The notes under the pieces: generated by a model
Databases searched by the model: none
The model's input: the letters and a program-made list of their open reading frames with translations, nothing else
Told to the model about the DNA's origin: nothing
Shown here: positions 29,649-42,559 of the stretch, one piece after another
Numbering within the stretch: the stretch's first letter is position 1
How the letters are laid out: each line of letters opens with the position of its first letter
Source: Camelus ferus
Taxonomy: Eukaryota
Length of the DNA: 64,000 bases
Reading direction: 5' to 3'
Assembly: GCF_009834535.1 (NCBI RefSeq)
Contig: NC_045697.1
Location: 35,900,001-35,964,000 of the forward strand
Position numbers and translations under genes: made by a program

Positions 29649-30268
29649 TAAGGATTCCCACCTCAGCCTTTGTATACTGCAGTCACCTTGGTTTGCATAA
29701 ATGAACATGTGGGTTTATATGAGTGACTGCTTCCATCAGGTCCAAGCAGACATTATCACCACTGTTTTTTAAGCAACTGACACAATAATGAGAAAGATGT
29801 GCTGATAACAGCTGACACTCAACAAGTACTTGCTACCGACAAGGCTCAGTAACATTTAATACCACAGTCTCATGAGGTAGGAACCATTATCAACCTCATT
29901 TTTAGGTAAGTTAGAGAGAGAGCAACTTGTTCAAGGACAAAAAGCTAGTTGTGTTAGAAACAGGACATTGAACCCAGGAAATCTGACTTACGAGCCCAAA
30001 TTCTTCATCACTTACTCCAGACACAGGGTCCACAGAGAAAGGTAAAACTCCCTACTTAAGAATTATCAGTTCCTCACCTCACCAGGGTGATGATCCTAAA
30101 TTTGGTGCCTTTTTAGGGAATCCACATGAGGTGTCAACTCTCCAGATACAGTATTGGCCCGCTCCTCTCATGTTCTCCCTGCAGCTCGCCTCCCTGGCTG
30201 AGTTTTACTGGAAACAGGTTGTGACATTCTGCTCAGGTGTGCCAAGAAGCCCCAGCTGCACTGAGGGC

Positions 30269-30299
<31 letters not shown>

Positions 30300-32017
30300 G
30301 GAGGCTGGCTCTGTCTTGGGACATGCTAGCTCTCAAGTTTCCAGCCTGCTTCAGTACAGAGAGGGGTCACCACACACAAGCAGGACGGGAACACCACCAA
30401 TGGCTTCTCCACCCTGTAAGCCTGAGGCCACCCCAGCAGGCACGAAAGAGCTGCTCTGGTTTCACAGTTCCCCTCAGGAGCTGGTCTTAGCGACACAGAA
30501 ACCAAGAAAGGTATCACCTTTTCACTGCACCAAGCAACATTAATGCCACTCGACAGGCAGAAGCAGGAGACCTGTCTCTGCGTGGAGAAGGAAGGGAGGA
30601 AATGGCAACACGCCAGGAGTCACCCACCACATCTAACTGGTCCTGCGCCAGTACCTTTGCAGCGATCGCCCTGGGAAGGCCCAGCATTTGCTCTGCCGAT
30701 CGCAGCAGTAGCTACATCCAACAGCGCTGAAAACTGAAGCCAGCACCAGTGGGTCTTGATTCCACCCCTGAGCGAACACATGGCTCCTTAATGCTCCTTT
30801 GCCGTGTGTTAATCTTGCAACAGAATGTGGGACAGAAGAATTTAAAAGCTGTGTGATGGGAGGAGGGCAGCCAGATCACCTTACTCCCAGGCTTCTCAAT
30901 CAAGCCTCCTCAGATTCCCTTTAGGGGTGTGTATTATTAGTTTCAAGGGAGGTTCTCCCCAAACTGGCATTAAAAGAGCATGTGTTCCATCCAGCTGTGG
31001 GGAGGGGAGACGACGGTGGGGAGACCCTGGAGAGCCAACGCAAAGCACACGCTCATCCTGCACAGGAGGGCAATGCCTCCTTACTCCAGGGTGCAAGCTA
31101 TGCTCCCCAAAGCTCTGACGAGTGGGGGGTGCCAGCAGGGTGACCAGGGCTGGAAGCTGTTCCTGCAGAAACTGAAAAGGAAGGGAAAGCACTGGGAGAA
31201 AACCCGAGTTAAAGTGACCACCACGTCATGAACCCAGTCTTCATTGGAGCGCAGCGATGTCCCCTTGCTGGGTCCACGCCCAGCAGCCCGCGCAGGGTCT
31301 ACAGTGAATCAGGCAGGATAACCCTGGAGATATCCTCCTAGCCCGCAAACGGCCCCACCCCTAGGGCCTCTAAATGTTACTGCCAGATAACCTTGTCCCC
31401 CTTTCACAGATGGGAAAACTGAGGCATCCAAAGCAAATGGCCATGCTTTCTCAAACCAGGCAGAAGTTCACTTCCCTAACCACAATTTAGCACTTTTTTT
31501 TTTAACAGCTTTATCACATTTCAAATTTCTCCATATACACCGATTGCTCTGCAAAGTGAATTTTAAATGCAGTTTAAAGAGTGAACTCAAAATGAGATGA
31601 CGGCAGCCAGGGAGTCCGGCAGGGCTTTATCCACCGCAAGGACAGGATGGGTGCCCCTCCACCCCCAGCTTCTCCTCCAACCTGGTCCCCCGGGACGTCC
31701 GGGTTCGGCCTGCCCCCTCCCCCCAAGACGCTTCCACCGCAACCTGAGGGCGGAAGCGCAGCGGCGCGGCCCGGGGACCGGAGGGCAGGCTCCTCGGTCC
31801 CGGGGCCGAGAGGGAGGCGGGGGGCTCCGGGCCCCTCCCTCGGCCGCTCCCGGGGCCGCGACCAGCCCGCCCAGCCCAGGGGCCCGGAACTTCTCGCGGC
31901 CCCGCCGCCCCCTCGCCCCCACACTCCCCCAGCCCACGCGGGCGTGCGGATCGGGTTTCCCTTTCTTCGCCTCGCCGCGGCTGGGGCGCGACCCCCGAGG
32001 CGGCGGCGGCCACTCAC

Positions 32018-32053
32018 CATATTACAGATGGAGGCGATGTTTCGGACAGTCAT
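32018..32053 (-). CDS. USP46: USP46 coding exon 1 (MTVRNIASICNM)
   Basis: ATG at 32053-32051, 12 codons, then donor ATG|GTGAGT (32017-32012), phase 0. Lies in a CpG island. Matches the recalled USP46 N-terminus. Confidence 0.97.
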
Positions 32054-32057
32054 TAGT

Positions 32058-32116
32058 CTAAAGGTTACAGCGATCCCGCACCGCCATCTTTATAAGGTGA
32101 AAACAGGACCAGCCAT
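32058..32116 (-). promoter_or_regulatory. Two tandem uORFs in the USP46 5' UTR: MAGPVFTL* (32116-32090) and MAVRDRCNL* (32087-32058)
   Basis: Read directly. uORF1 stops 2 nt before uORF2 starts, and uORF2 stops 4 nt before the main ATG. Confidence 0.7.
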
Positions 32117-35100
32117 AGTGGAGCGCTCGCGGGGAGGCCGGGCGCGGCGGCGGCGGCGGCGGGGAGGCGGCCTGGGGTCCGGCTTTCAGTTTGGCTGGGA
32201 GAGGGAGGCCGGGAGGGAGGAGAGGAGGCGGGGAGGGCGGGGAAGGCGGGAGGCGGGAGGGAGAGCGGAGGGGCGGGGAGTGGCGGAGCGGGGGAGCCTG
32301 GGCCGCGGCCGGCGGCGCCGGGAGGAGGGGCGGCCCGAGCGCCGCGTGCAACCCGCGCCCCGAGCGCTCCCGCCGTGCGCCCGGCCCCGACCCGGCCCCG
32401 ACCCGGCCCGGGCCCCTGCGGCTCCTCCTCCCTCGTCCGCCCGTCCGCCCGCCACTCCGGGTCGGCCTTTTTATTTCTTTTTCTTTTTTCTTTTTATTTC
32501 CTGCTTCACTCTGGCTGGAATGCGCGGCCAGGCCCTCGCTCGCGCGGCTGCGGCAGGTCCCCCAGGCGGACCCCGACCCGCCGGCTGCCTCCTCCGCCCT
32601 CCGGCCCGGGGGAAGCAGGGACAGCGCCCGCGTGAGGCGCCGGCCGGCGGAAGGGGCAGTACTTCTGGCCGCCAGCGGGCTGGGCAACCGGGCACGTCGC
32701 CGCGGAGAGGCCGCCAGGGACAAGGGGCCGCTTTCTGTCTCCACTTGTTCTTTCCTGCTGCGCGTCCCCCAGCAGCCCCGGGTTTTTATGTTTTAGCGAA
32801 TGGAGAAGGCAAGGGGCAGGGGTGACAACGTCCAACTTGTCGTTTCTCCTCGGGGCTCCAGCCAGATGGCACCGGCGGGGACCCAAGAAGTAAACGGGGT
32901 CAGGACACGGGCGTGTAGAGAGCCCTCGCCAGCAGCGGGCCTGATGCCTGGTCCAGGGCGCCAGGAGGGGACAGGAATCCGGGTCTGGGCGGAGGCCAGC
33001 CACGGCGCGTTCGGACAATTTGTGACATTAGCAGGTACAAAGGAGAAGTCTCGGTTCTGGGCAAGGACTAGGGACGGTCCAGGGAGCGATATGAATCTGC
33101 AAAGGACGGAAACCAAACTACCCCCTATCTTCAAGAAAAACATACCTCTCTCAGGGACATCCACCTTCTCTAGGTTTTGAGAAGGGTCCTTGTATTGGCT
33201 TATACACATTTTCTGCAAAAAAAAAAAAAAAAAAAAAAAAAAAAGCGTGGTTTCTGACTCAAAGCTCAAGTCTACACCACTTAGCAGATCTGTTCCTATG
33301 AAGTGGAGGAGCCCATTTCCAAAGGTGTGAAACAATTTTCATGCAAGGTTGCAATTCAGTGCTTTCAACGGAGAAGTTGTACAGGTGAAAGGCGTGATAA
33401 TTCTTAAACCAAAATATTTTACAATTGAATTAGAGGAGAAATTAATCTAATTGAAGATAGCTTTTAGCCCGCTTCCTGTCCTCCGTTACTTATTTGGTGT
33501 TATGCACCTAAGGTTTGAGAACCGCTGATTACTAGTATCCCTAGGACCTGGGGTGAAAACGGCTAAACGACTAAAGTTTCGTTGGGGTCATCTTGATTGT
33601 GTATTTCAGTGGATTTAAGGAGTAAATTCCTGCTTATATTAAGTCATTCCACCTACGTCTTATTTCCAGCAGATCCTGATGATGACAAGTGACGATGATG
33701 ATGATGATGATGATAGCTCACTTTGATTTCTTACCAGTGTCAGTCATGATGTTCTTTACTTCCATGATCTTCAGCACCACCGTGACCATCAGGTAATCAA
33801 TGCTATTATAATCACCTTTTGTCAATTAGTAAAATGAGGCTTAGGGTATCAAGTATCCTACCTCAGTTGTGTTACCCACATGTTACAAATGAAGCCAGTG
33901 TGCTAACCTAGCTGAGCACCTTGGGAAAGAAGACAAGCAAAACACCCAACCTATGACCAGTTGGGTAACTGATACCTAGGAAGGTGTATAGACTTGAGGA
34001 AAGCCACAAAACAAGTTCAGGAGCAACCTCAAAGCTAGAACTGAGACCTTGGGACTCAGTTTCACAGACATTCCCCTGTAAAAGGCTTAATCCAAAGCCT
34101 TAAATGGTGTGGAAATTGTATACCATAATAGAGTTCAGTATTTCTGCCAACATTGGCACGATGAATCACAAAGTCCACAGGATTGAAAACACCATTGACA
34201 CAATGAACATTGAATATCATCTGACTACTGAGTGCTTTGTCAACAAGTTAAACGGATCCTTTGCATGCCTGTTAACAGCCTGTGGCCTAAAACTGAAGTG
34301 TTCGATATAGACAGACATCCAGATTGAAACTCAGGCAGTGAATTACACACACAACAAATCAATTGAACACAGCAGCTCTTGTCAGACTCAATGAATAATT
34401 AAATACATTTTTACACTACTACAAGGTTGGTATTCATAGGTCTAAATTGGAAAGGCATCAGTTAAAGAAGAATAATTGTAACCCCAGCCTTGTTCAGGGA
34501 GGAAACATTGTTTGGAGTTAATAAGAGGTAAAATGATGAAAATGTTGACAAGCTAGTGAAAGAACTTTGAGGAAAAGTGTTTCGCATATAGGGGCCAGCT
34601 GGTATGAAGGTATAGAGTTAGAACTGGGAAAAGTAAGCAAATGGAAAGACGGAACATAGGCTAGCACTAAACAGATGGAGGCACATGATCCAGGCCTGGC
34701 CAATGAGAGAACGTCATGGCCCAGCCACGGTGATTGGTTCAGCTAGGAAGATGTAATATAAGCTGAGCCAATAAGAGTCAGCTCTGGGTCTTCCGGGAAA
34801 GAAGCACCCCTCTTCTTGAGTTGAGCCGATGTGACAAAATGTAGAGCTGCCATCTTTCCACTGCCTGAGAATGAAGAAAAATGAAGCTAAGAAATGTAAA
34901 AAAGATCCTAACAACGTCATTTATCCTGTTGCCGCCAGATCTGTATCCTGGACTCTTCAGCAACTCGAGGTGGTAAAGTCCTTGTTTTCTTTGGCAGTTC
35001 AAATTGGGTGTCTGCTACTCACAACTGAAACAATTCTAATACACCATTGTCTCCCTGTGCCCCAAATTCATTAATTCATTCTGAATTCATGATGTTTTCT

Positions 35101-38100
35101 TTTGCTCTCTTCTCTACCCGCTAAACAGATCTTTCTAGGTCTTCCTTCTCCAGATCGGCCTTCTCCATGTTGCCTTCCAAGATTGCTTCCCACCACCACT
35201 AATGATATATATCCAGGTGGTTCCTTTCTAGCCCTTCTGTTGTTACCAGTTTTGTGTTGGCACCCCTCCTGCTTCCCCTCTTTGCTTAGTTAACACCGCT
35301 CAGCCTTCAGATGACCTGAGACAAGATGGGATGCCTTTATCATATATTCTTACAGCACCATGGATCTTCCCTTTGTGGACCTTATATTTGTAAATATGGC
35401 TATGCCGTACGTACAGCACACAGCATGGAGGTAGTAGAGGGGTGGTTAAAAAATGAATCCTGCATCCAGACTGTCTGGGCTAGCTGTATCATCTTGGGTA
35501 AGTGCCTTCACTTCTCTGTGCCAAAGTTTCTGTATCTATAAAATGAAGATGAGGCCCCCTCACAGATTGTGATGGTGTTAGTTTACGTAGAGTGCTAAAA
35601 ATATGCCTAGCACATGCTAACCACCACCAAAGTGATCGCTGCTATTATTATTGTGCATGTGATTGTTTGATTAATGTCTGTTCCCCAGCCCTTCATTAGA
35701 TGTAAAATGAGACAGAGGTCTGTTTTTGCTCACCATTTTACACCTAAGAAAGACAGTGCCTTGTCTGTAAGAGCAGCCAAGAAACCAAATATTAAATATT
35801 TGGTTAATTGCCTCTCTCCGAGTATCCCAGAAGCTTCTGGAGGGAAGGAACTTTGTCTTGGGCATTTAAAAAATCTCATCCAGCCTCAGGCACTGTGCCT
35901 GGCACATTCATTCCTTTCCTTTTATCCTCATTGCCAAATAGGTTACTGCAGCTCATTTGAGATGCAAAAGCTAGTAAACATTTGACTGTCTGGGGGGAAA
36001 AACACTTTCCTGGATGTAGGTGGAAGTTTAAAATCAGACTGGTTTCTGAGGATTATATTTCAGTTCTTGAGGAACTTTATGACAGCCTTTTTTCCTTTTT
36101 CATCTTGTGTCGAACAAATATTTATTAAAGACATACTTTGATAAATGCCAGATGCTGTGTGAGGCACTGGTGACCCTAGGATAAAAGAAGGCAGTCACAG
36201 CCCTTGCCCAGCTCCATTTCTAATGCGGTGTTCATTGGCGTTGTTTATGAATGTCTTCACCCCTTTCTGCATGCAGTTAGTATAAAATAAGGATAAGCTG
36301 ATTTTGGAGTGAGTTCCTGCTGTAAGGAAACAGCATCGAAAATCATGAGTGCATTTATGGGTGGTTAGAATTCCCTAAGTCTTCGGAACATTTGGCGTAT
36401 TTTGAAGTGTCAATTGAAATGCCATTGAAGGACTTTTCAGCTAGGTTGGAACATGATTAGATTTTATTTGCTAATACATTTTGATTCACTGAAAGATTAC
36501 TCCAGCTGGCTGCTGTCTAGGGGAGGCCAGTTAGAAATCTGTGGAGAGAGAGTCGCAGAGTTGTCAGTATCCCAGGAATAGGTACAGAGTAGCAGTGGAA
36601 AAGGGAGAAGTAGACAGATTGTAGACTTTTTTGGATGTAGGTAGCTGAATTTGGTGATTGACTGGGATGAGGGACAAGGCTGAGTCAATGATGAATCTCA
36701 AGTTTCTGACCAGAGTGAAAGGGAATGTCATTGTCTACTCTAGGGAATGCTGACGGAGAAGGTGTAGGTGTAGGTGGTTGGGAGGAAGTGTGCTTGGTTT
36801 CAGAGGTGCTGAGTCGGTGATAACCATGAAACACCTGCAGAGTTACATCAGGTACCAGTCTGGTGCTCAGAAGAGAGGTCTGGACTGGAGGTAAATCTAA
36901 GAGTAATTAATATATAAGATAACAGAGGACACATGGTTATGGATGAAATTGCCTAGGGAGGGTTTTGCCAAGGAGTTTTGCCTGAGACAAAGGGGTAGTT
37001 AGGAAGAGCTCCACCGTGCAAGGATCAGGCAGAGGAAGGGGACCCAAAGAAAACTACTGCAGTGCTTCTAAAGTGGTAGAAGAAAAGCAAACACGTATCC
37101 AGCATTGCAAATGCCAGAGTATTTCAGGATGGAAAGGGGTGGTCAAAAGTATCAAATACAGCTAAGAAATTAAAGAAGATAAATAATCATAGTAACAATG
37201 TTCAGTTCTTCAGCATGACTTTAAAATGCATTTAATCCTTCTAACAATCCTTTGAGGAAGGCACCATTACAAACCCTATTTTAAAGAAGAGAAAACTGAG
37301 GCTCAGAGAATTTCAGTAACTTGCCTGGGTTCATTTAAGCATTATTTCACCAGAGCCTGTTACTCAAGAGTTATTTGAATTCTGTCAAGGGCAGTTTGCA
37401 TGGAATGGTTTAGATATTGGATAATCCATAATGGGATGGATTAATAAATGAGAGGGAGGTGAGAAAAGAGACTGAAGACATGTGGCTTTCAAGGGAAGGA
37501 GAGAAAGGGTAGTAGACAATGGAAGAGCTCAAAGTTACCTTCACGGAGTGGAGCTCTGCCTTTTTTGCAGAGACCTCCCAAATCCGGCTCTGCCCCATCT
37601 CCTCTTACCTTTAAATCAAGTACGGCACTCTCCCTTCCTGCTTCCAGGCCTGCAGCCTTCACACCCCTCCCCTCCTCAACTGATTACTGTCCCTTCTATT
37701 TCAAGTCCACTCCTCAAAACTCAGTTCAGACCTCATTCCCAGAGGAAGTCTTTTTAGTCTCATCTTCCTTGGTAGGTTTTTATCAAGGGTCACTTTTGAC
37801 ATTTCTTTAGAAGCCTAAGATGCCTGGCACAATGCTAGGTGCACACAGGAGGCTCTCAGATAATTAACAGGTAATTAATTACTTACCTGCAACACTTGGC
37901 TCACTTTTTACTTACCATCCTGCTTTCCTGGGGGTTTTCTCTTTCCTCCAAGTTCTGATCTGGGTTATATAGAATTTACAGCCCTCATGGGTATGGGGAG
38001 GGCAGGATTTAGTTGGTAAGTGTGTGGAGAGGAGGTTGGAGCAAATGAACTTCCCTCATTTAGAAATGAAACTTTCTAGGAGAGATCTCAGCAGCTTAAG

Positions 38101-39530
38101 GGAGGCAAAGGAATCAGTGGAAGGGTTTGGTCATTTTATTTGTCCTTTTTTATCATGATTATTAGTACATTTATCATCAAAACGCGAGGAGCTAGTGAAC
38201 CTAGAAATGAGGCTTAATGGAGTGCCCTTATTAGAAGGCAGGGGTAGGGGGGCAGATTGAGGGCCCAAGAGCTTTGGAAAGGAAGAAGTCCATCCGTTGG
38301 GTTGAGGGAATTAACATGAGATGCTCCCATTTTCTTAGTGGACAGGAATGGAAGCTCCATCACTCCCGAGGGGTTTGGACTGTTTTGTTTACTGCCGCAT
38401 CCTCAGAATAGTAAGGCACATAGAAGGCACTTAATACATTTGTTGAATGAGTGGTTGAAAGAGGGTAAGATTGAAAGAGCTCTAAGTACGGACTCTCTGG
38501 AGTAAGTGAATAGTTGTTCTAATAGCCTAATCGGATTTAGAACAGGCTGTCTTTGGGGGTATTTACATTCCTTTCATGTCCATAAACACTAACCACAATA
38601 AAGGAAAGATGTATGCCTTCTCGCCAGATTATGCTCTGGTGTGCTTCCAGCCCAGGTGTCATCACTTCTGTAGCTTTGAAAACCTCCCTACCACCACTGC
38701 CACCTGGTGGGAGGGCAGGGATTCACAAGTGGCACCTAGAATGAGACTTCCCTCAGGGGGGCTCACCTTTAATTCTCCTTCTTGGCCCTGCCCTTCTAGA
38801 AAGCTAACAACCATGCGGTTCATTGAAAACAAGATAAGGCTGTCCTGAACACTCTCACTGTACAGCTTTGTCCCCAGTCAGGGGTTAGTGTTCTGCTCTT
38901 GCATTTCTTCTCAGAAAATAGGGTCAGGCAGCCAGACTAAGGGTGACACTGATCAGACCACAGGAGCAGATCCTACTTCTGACTGTGGTGCCCTGTACCT
39001 TATAAAGCTTCACACGTATATGGGTCATCGCCTGCTGTCACCAGTGGCCAAAAAGGTGGGTTGTGAGGCGCTGACAGTTCTGAGTGCTGTACACACTCAT
39101 TTGATAAGCCTTTCAAGATCCCCAGGAACTAGGTAAATGGATTCAAAAGTTCCAAGAGTAAATTGAGTCACACAATTATCAAATGATTTATGTTGTCTCT
39201 GGTTCAATTGGAACCTTTGAAACAATGACACTGTAGATGCTTCCATTTTAAGCACACAATGCTCATTGTTGTTTAGGCTTTATTTTTAAATAAAAGGACA
39301 ATTCAAGGTAGCTTATCTTCCTTTTAGCAGGGTGGTAATTATGAGAGATTTAGTTGGAGTCACTATTATGAAATAATGTTTCAGCAACAGTTATTTATTA
39401 CTGATTCCTATTGGTTATTACAACTTTAAGAGAGCTCTTGTTATTAGCTCAGAGCATGAGCACAAAGCTTGAAATTTTTGTATGTTTTTAATGCTTTTAA
39501 TTAAAACAAACATTCAGAATAATTAAAAAT

Positions 39531-42456
39531 GTTTTTTTTATTGAAATATGGTCACTTTACAATCTGTCAATTTCTGCTGTACTTCATAGTGTTTCAGTCA
39601 TACATATACATACGTATGTCCATTTTCATCTTCTTTTTCATTGTAGGTTACTACAAGATATTGAATGCAGTTCCCTGTCCTATACAGAAGAAACTTGTTT
39701 ATCTATTTTATATATAGTAGTTAGTATCTGCAAATTTCGAGCTCGCAAATTATCCCCTTCCACCCCCTGTCTCCCCTGGTAACCATAAGTTTGTTTTCTA
39801 TGTCTGTGAGTTTGTTTCTATTTTGTAAATAAGTTCATTTGTGTCCTTTTTTTTTTTTTTTAAGATATGACATATGAGTGATATCATATGGTATTTTTCT
39901 TTCTCTTTCTGGTTGATTTCACTTAGGATGATGATCTTCATGTCCATCTATGTTGCTGCAAATGGCATTATTTTACTCTTTTTATGGCTGAGTAGTATTT
40001 TGTTGTATAAATATACCACAACTTCTTTTTTCAGTCATCTGTTGGACATTTTAGGTTGTTTTCATGTCTTGGCTATTGTAAATAGTGCTGCTGTGAACAT
40101 CGGGGTGTACATATGTTTTCAAATTAAGAGTTCCCTCTGGATATATGCCCAGAAGTGGGATTGTTGGATCATATGGTAAGTCTATTTTAAGTTTTTTGAG
40201 GAATCTCCATATTGTTTTCCATAATGGCCACACCAAACTACATTCCCACCAACAGTGTAGGAGGGTTCCCTTTTCTCCACACCCTCTCCAGCATTTATCA
40301 TTTGTGGACTTTTGAATGATGGCCATTCTGACCAGTGTGAGGTGATAGCTCGTTGTACTTTGGATTTGCATTTCTCTGATAATTAGCAATACTGAACATT
40401 TTTTTTACGTGCCTGTTGGCCATTTGTATGTCTTCATTGGAGAATTGCCTGTTTAGTTCTTCTGCCTGTTATTGTCGTCATTAAATTGTATCAGCTATTT
40501 ATATATTCTGGAGATTAAGCCCTTGTCAGTCACATCATTTGCAAATATTTTCTTCTAGTCTGTAGGTTGTCATTTTCCTTTGCTTATGGTTTCCCTTGCT
40601 GTGCAAAAGCTTGTAAGTTTAATAAGGCCTCATTTGTTTATTTTTGCTTTTATTCCTACTGCCTGGGTAGACTGCCCTAGGAGAACATTGCTAAGATTGA
40701 TGTCAGAAAATGTTTTGCCTATGTTTTCTTCTAGCAGGTTTATACTGTCTTGTCTTATGTTTAAGTCTTTAAGCCATTTTGAGTTTATTTTTGTGTATAG
40801 TGTGAGGGAGTGTTCTAAGTGCATTGATTTACATGCAGCTGCCCAGTTTTCCCAGCACCACCTGCTGAAGAGACTGCCCTTTCTCCATTGTGTATTCTTG
40901 CCTCCTTTATGAAAGATTAATTGACCAAAAGTCTGTGGGTTTATTTGTGGGCTCTCTATTCTGTTCCACTGATCCATATGTCTGTTTTTGTGTCAATTCC
41001 ATGCTGTTCTGATTACTATAGCTCTGTAGTATTGTCTGAAGTCTGAGAGGGTTATTCCTCCAGCTTCATTCTTTTTCTTCAGGATTGCTTTGGCAATTCT
41101 GGGTCTTTTGTGATTTCATATAAATTTTAGGATTTTTTTTTTAGTTCTGTGAAAAATGTCCTGGGTAATTTGATAGGGATCTTATTAAATCTGTAGATTG
41201 CTTTGGGTAATATGGCCATTTTAACAATGTTAATTCTTCCAATCTAAGAGCATGGGTTATCTTTCCATTTCTTTAAATCATCTTTAATTTCCTTAATCCA
41301 TGTTTTGTTCTCCACATATAAGTCTTTCACCTCTTGGTCAGATTTACTCCTAAGTATTTTTTTTAATGCAATTTTAAAAGGGATTATTTCTTTACTTTCC
41401 TTTTCTGATATTTCATTGTTAGTATAAAGAAATGCAACTGATTTCTGTATGTTAATCTTGTATCCTGCTACCTTGCTGAATTCTTTTATCAGCCCTGGTA
41501 GTTTTTATATGGAGCCTTTAGGGTTTTCTATATATGGTATCATGTCATCTGCATATAGTGACAATTTTCCCTTTTCTCTTCCAATTTGGATCCCTTTTAT
41601 GTCTTGTCTGATTGCTGTGGCTAGGACTTCCAATACTATGCTGAATAGAAGTGATAAGAGTGGGCATCCTGGTCTTGTTCCAGATTTTATGGGGAAGGCT
41701 TTCAGTCTTTCACCGTTGTGTATTATGTTGGCTGTGGGTTTGTTATAAATAGCTTTTATTATGTTGAGATATGTTCCCTCTATACCCACTTTGGTAAGAG
41801 TTTTATCATAAATGGGTGTTGAATTTTATCACATGCTTTTTCTGCATCGATTGAGATGATTGTGTGGTTTTTGTCCTTTCTCTTGTTGATGTGGTGTATC
41901 ACGCTGATTGATTTGTGTATGTTGAACCGTCCTTGTGTCCCTGGAATGAATCCAACTTGATCATAATATATATCTTTATTGTCTCTTTTTATGTGTTGTT
42001 GGATTCTGTTTGCTAATATTTTGTTGAGGATTTTCCATCTATGTTTATCAACAATATTGGCCTATAATTTTCTTTTTTGATAGTGTCTTTATATGGTTTT
42101 GATATTAGAGTGACGGTGGCTTCGCAGAATGAATTTTGGGAGTATTCCCTCCTCTTCAATCTTTTGGAAAAGTTTGAGAAGGATTTGTATGAGTTTTTCT
42201 TTGTATGTTTGGTAGAATTCCCCAGTGAAGCCACCTGGTCCTGGACTTTTGTCTGCAGGGAAGTTTTTTATTTCTGATCCTGTTTTACTTCCTAGTAATG
42301 GGTCTGTTCAAATTATCTATTTCTTCTTGATTCAATTTTGGTGGACTGTATGTTTCTAGGAACTTTGTCCATTTCTTCTGGGTTGTCCAATTTGTTGCCA
42401 TATAGTTGTTCATAGTATCTCTTATGGGTTTTGTATTTATGTGATGTTGGTTGTTA
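39531..42456 (-). mobile_element. 5'-truncated L1 (3' part of ORF2 plus 3' UTR), frameshifted
   Basis: ORF fragments with L1 ORF2 motifs ([59 protein letters not shown]). Artiodactyl-type 3' UTR; T-run at the left end. Confidence 0.95.
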
Positions 42457-42543
42457 ATTTTTTTTAATGGAAACACTGGGGATTGAACCCAGGATCTTGT
42501 GCATGCTAAGCATGCACTCTACCACTGAGCAATACCCTCCCCC
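42457..42543 (-). mobile_element. tRNA-derived SINE (Vic-1-like) abutting the L1 5' truncation
   Basis: GGGGATTGAACCCAGG...CTCTACCACTGAGCAATACCCTCCCC, i.e. reverse-complement B and A boxes. Confidence 0.88.
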
Positions 42544-42559
42544 TGAGAATATTTAATTT

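Larger units (their letters stand above)
31600..33060. promoter_or_regulatory. CpG island / main USP46 promoter
   Basis: Very GC- and CpG-rich stretch around exon 1, with GC boxes, a (GGC)n run at about 32144-32163 and a YY1-type CCGCCATCTT at 32081-32090. Confidence 0.93.

Noticed and set aside
31574..33335. Many long overlapping ORFs (up to 392 aa) on both strands
   Set aside because: They are low-complexity Arg/Gly/Pro/Ala translations caused by stop-codon scarcity in a CpG island. Only the 12-codon USP46 exon 1 is supported.
40051..42476. Reverse-transcriptase-like ORFs as a novel RT system
   Set aside because: Ordinary frameshifted fragments of L1 ORF2.
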